Shown: one piece after another, positions 52,030 to 64,000 of the stretch
Layout of the letters: every line of letters begins with the position of its first letter
Position numbering within the stretch: the stretch's first letter is position 1
Source of the DNA: the human T2T-CHM13v2.0 reference genome, Homo sapiens
Direction: 5' to 3' (one strand)
DNA length: 64,000 bases
Assembly: GCF_009914755.1 (NCBI RefSeq)
Contig: NC_060941.1
The notes under the pieces: generated by a model
The model's database searches: none
What the model was told of the DNA's origin: nothing
The model's input: the letters and a program-made list of their open reading frames with translations, nothing else
Program-made: the position numbers and the translations under genes

Positions 52030-52190
52030 AAATATGTCTGATATATATTTTGGTAACAATAAAATATATTGTCAAAATTATTTTTCTATTTCTTTGCTAT
52101 TTTCCATTTCTTCTCACTAATTTAACATGGCTACTAGAAAGGTTTAAATTATGCATGTGGCACACGATGTTTCTACTGGACAGCACAGCA
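52030..52190. mobile_element. MER3/MER33-like hAT fragment
   Basis: ATGGCTACTAGAAAGGTTTAAATTATGCATGTGGC…TTTCTACTGGACAGCAC. Confidence 0.55.
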
Positions 52191-52454
52191 GCACAGGGCT
52201 AGCACCGGAGATCCTGCAGCTCAGACGCCCATGGGGTGAACAAAAACCTTGCAACTCTCCCAGGCCAGGGACTGACATATTTTAAAACCGGAGATTTTGA
52301 TTGAGGAGGGAGTAGAGCTACCACATAAGCAAATATGTAATGTTGTATGTTGTATGTTTCTTTCCTTCTTTCTTTAAGAAAAATCCCTTGGCAACAGGAA
52401 GCTTAACTGCACCAACAAGGACAGCAGAAGAAAAGCAGAATGTTAGTCAACAAG

Positions 52455-52467
52455 GGTCACCCTGACC
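52455..52467. promoter_or_regulatory. Perfect palindromic estrogen response element GGTCAcccTGACC
   Basis: Exact GGTCAnnnTGACC consensus in unique intron 1 sequence. PEMT is an established estrogen-induced gene. Confidence 0.8.
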
Positions 52468-54123
52468 CGAACCCCAGCCCCAGCTCTCTCCAGCTGCACA
52501 GCCCTGGGGAGAAAGGAGAAAGAGCAGAGAAGCCCACCCCTCACACACCCAGTTAGTCTCCCCTGCCCACTGGCAGGCCCTGGGGCAGGCCCCTAGATGG
52601 GTCTGCAAAGGGACACTGCCCCCTTGCATTCTGCCCCCCCTTCTACATGGCTCCCCCACCCACCCTTCTACACGGTGGCTTCTGAGGGCAGCCCCTGGAG
52701 GTGATCATGACCCCCCATCTTGATCTGAGGATTAACAGATACAGGTTCACCTGGTGAAAATGCAGGAGCTGTAGGGGTAGGACCCATCACTCATCTGACT
52801 GCATGTTGTAATTCAATGGACAGTTTACTAAAGTAATAGTCTTCTTCCTGTCCTCTGCTGAGCACCCATCTGGCCAACGGTCCTGCGCTCCCTCAGGGCC
52901 AGCGGCCCATCTCCTCCTGTGCCTCCTGGAGGGCTTCGCAACTGCCTCCCTCCTCTGGGGAATCTTGCCCCACTGACTGACCTTTCGGCTCTCAGATCCC
53001 AGGTCCCTCCCTCGCAGATACGGCAACAGGCTCTCTTGGGATTTCAATCCCGCCTTCCCATCAGCTACTCTTCAAAACACTAACTGGTGTTAGCTCCTTC
53101 AGAGAACTCTCTGGCTTTCCAGGCCTACAATCTCCCTCCCTAGAATGAAAGCTCAGTGACAGAAGTGCCCTTAAACTTCTGAGTGACACGAGGCCCTCAG
53201 CCGGCCCTGAATCAATACTGGCTGGATCAGTGAGTGAATAAATGCACATGTGAGTAAGGAATGAAGGGAGCGAAAGAACTGGATTAGAAGCTGTTTGGGG
53301 CAGAGATGTGCCTTACAGGCTTCATGAAGAGTGGGTGATGAAAAAGGTAAATGGAGCATCTAAGAGGAAGCTTTGATAGAAGGGAGAATGCAAGAGAGGT
53401 TGGAAATTGGAATCCATTGGAATTGGGAGCCTGGGGAGATGCCAGGACAGGCACTCTCTGGCCTAGGACTCTGCAGAGGGCAGCCTCAGCAGGCAAGCCA
53501 GGCCCCCAGCTTCTGGGGCCGGTCGCACCCATTATGGCCCCGAAACGGCTGGGTGGTGGTCTGCAGCCTGCCCAGGGCCGGCTGGGAGACAGGCAGGGTC
53601 CCCACCACTCTCTTGCCTCTGGGCAAAAGCTGGCCTCCTGACCCTGGGGGATGGACGGGAGCAGGGGCCACACAACACACTCCCAAACATATAATCGGCC
53701 TCCTTCACCCTCGCCCACGCTCAGTCACACACAGCCTCGGTCATACACACTCACACTCACTCTCCGGCACACTCTCAGAGCATCACATAATTTCAGTGAG
53801 ACACAATCCCAAAGACTAACACGGACAACCTCTGAGTCTCACACAATCTCAGGGCCACACACAGGCACACAATCAGACGAGCTCAGGAACGCCCCCGTCT
53901 CTGACACACGCAATCTGAGGTTTACACGCGCGCGCACACGCACACACACAGACACCAGCCGGCGCTCCCGCACGCGGCTCCCCCACCCCCGCCACGCCAC
54001 GCCCCCATTGCCTGGGAACTGGCGGCCCCGCCCCGCAGCGTTTGAGGCGCCGCAAGCCTTCACGCCCCTCGGGCCTTGCAGATCCCTCTCCCAGTTTCCG
54101 CGGCGGTCCGGTGCGGTCAGTAC

Positions 54124-54219
54124 CTGTCTAAAATCAATATTGCCGAGGCCTCCGCAGCAGTCAGGCCCTGCCACCGAGCTGTTCGTTACCTCGGCTCCCG
54201 GGTTCCCAGATCTCTTCAT
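54124..54219 (-). CDS. PEMT: PEMT coding exon 1 (long isoform N-terminus, 32 codons)
   Basis: Translates MKRSGNPGAEVTNSSVAGPDCCGGLGNIDFRQ, the N-terminus of the long human PEMT isoform. It ends at a CAG|GTACTG donor (54124|54123), is 96 nt long and phase 0, and lies in a CpG island. Confidence 0.97.
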
Positions 54220-54348
54220 CCGGGGGCCGCCTCAGGAGGCACCACGCGGGCCCCGCTGCAGCCACGCGCCCCCGGAACCGGACCTATAGAGCCGGGTAAG
54301 TGCCGCCAGTCGGGGCGCTTTCCCGGTGACCCCCAACATATTCCGGCC

Positions 54349-54441
54349 TTCTGGGAAATGTAGTTCCCCGTCACCGCGAAGTGCCTCTTTATCTGGGGGC
54401 TCGCGACAGCGTCTAGAGGAGCCGAGAACTACAAGTCCCAG
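54349..54441. promoter_or_regulatory. Two divergent ZNF143/THAP11-type motifs (ACTACAnnTCCCA)
   Basis: TTCTGGGAAATGTAGTTC at 54349-54366 (minus strand reads GAACTACATTTCCCAGAA) and GAACTACAAGTCCCAG at 54426-54441 (plus strand). Confidence 0.7.
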
Positions 54442-54559
54442 TGTGTTTCGCCGCAGAGCCTGCCGGTTCCGCTGCAGCTACGTAGCAGTATCCCCTTGGA
54501 TCCGGCCTCCCGCCCAGTGCCTTTGGTCGCCGGCTGCCGCACCCGAGCCTGTAACTGAC

Positions 54560-54740
54560 CTGGCGTCCCTGCCCTTGCCTGGCGGCGGTGGGGCTAGAGG
54601 CCGGGGGCCGCGGGTCGTAGCTATAAGCAGCTTCCCGCGCAGCCTCCTGCGGACTTGGACTTGGCCCGGGTCACACACGCCCAGGGCCCCACACGCCCAG
54701 GGCCCCACGCCCTCTTCTGAAATTCGCTTTACTCTGGGGG
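54560..54740 (-). other. PEMT: Candidate upstream alternative first exon (5' boundary approximate)
   Basis: Strong minus-strand donor GCCAG|GTCAGT at 54560|54559 inside the CpG island. The exon start cannot be read from sequence. Confidence 0.4.
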
Positions 54741-55038
54741 CGGTGCGCGACGAGCACTGCCTAGAGCTTCCCGCCCCCGCGGCGCCCAGGCTCTTTAGCT
54801 CGGCCAAAGACCCCTCCTCCACTCATTTTTTCCTTCATTCATTCTCTCATTCACTCTCGAGTATTTTCTGAACCAGACTGTGCGCTGAGGGTACGGTAGG
54901 GAACAACACAGAGTCCCCCGCCCTCGCTTCCTCCTGACTGAGATAAAAGACAAAATGTGAATAAAGGGTTATAATATGGATGAGTACTGTGGTGGAAAAA
55001 ACGGGGTGGGTCAAATGGTACGGAAGGATGCTGTCTTA

Positions 55039-61643
<6,605 letters not shown>

Positions 61644-62084
61644 GCAGAGGCAACGTAAAGCTATTTTCAGACAAACAAAGGCTGAGAGAATTGATCACCA
61701 GCAGGCCCAACCTGAAAAGAAATACCATGGGCGGGTTCTGCAGGCAGCAGGAAAATGATCCCAGTTGGAAGCCCACGAACACAGGAAGGAATGAAAAAGA
61801 CACATACGTGTAGGTAAATCTAGATAAGTATTAGGTGCTTGTAAAAATAAAATAATCTTGTGGAGTTTAAAATATTTACCTTGGTAATTGAGAGAAAAGG
61901 CAGAAAAAAATCGGTAAGACTATAGATTTGAACATGATTGGCATTCATAGAACTCTCCTCCTAGCAACTGTAGAATGTACCTTCTTCCCCAGTTCACACT
62001 GAACATTGGCCAAAACAGACCCTATGCTGGGGCATAAAGCCAATCTCAACAGATTTCAAATGATTGAAATCATAGTTTATGCTC

Positions 62085-63821
<1,737 letters not shown>

Positions 63822-64000
63822 GACTTGAAGGCAGCCCTGATTAGAGCTAAGGATGGGGTAGGGCCTCACCAAAAACTCTTTCCCTCCAGTGGCACATGGA
63901 TCTGCTTAATGTTGAAGTCTTGTTTAGGATTAATCCCTCAGGGTTGACCCTGGAAGCACAGAAGGACAGCCAAGCTGCTTTCTAAAGCTCAGTGCCTGCA

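Larger units (their letters stand above)
53880..54800. promoter_or_regulatory. PEMT: CpG island / main PEMT promoter
   Basis: Dense CpG and high GC spanning exon 1, in sharp contrast to the CpG-depleted flanks. Contains GC boxes and two ACTACA..TCCCA motifs. Confidence 0.9.

Noticed and set aside
53839-54123. Extension of the PEMT exon 1 ORF beyond …DFRQ (VLTAPDRR…)
   Set aside because: Read-through into intron 1 past the CAG|GTACTG donor. It is not part of the known protein.

Overview
Primate genomic DNA, almost certainly human, GC-rich with roughly 45 Alu elements. It contains the 5' part of PEMT (phosphatidylethanolamine N-methyltransferase; chr17p11.2, Smith-Magenis region, placement from recall) on the minus strand. 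Coding exon 1 (54219-54124) lies in a CpG island and coding exon 2 (39611-39504) carries the ATG of the short isoform. There are candidate alternative non-coding first exons, about 39.5 kb of intron 2 running to the window start, and about 9 kb of upstream sequence. All other ORFs in the track look spurious (GC-rich or Alu-derived). I see no evidence of a new gene family or biological system. The most interesting structures, read directly from target-site duplications (TSDs), are: (1) a ~1 kb Alu-mediated inversion upstream of PEMT that splits two TSD pairs and an L1 and leaves a 93-bp near-perfect inverted duplication; (2) a TSD-flanked U6-L1 chimeric retrocopy; (3) an AluY nested in an EEF1A1 retrocopy nested in an old L1, with the poly(A) turned into a (GAAA)n microsatellite; (4) a perfect estrogen response element with a nearby FOXA motif in intron 1; (5) back-to-back ZNF143-type motifs at the promoter; and (6) several atypical Alu structures. 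Repeat family calls come from recalled consensus sequences, not a RepeatMasker run, and their boundaries are approximate.
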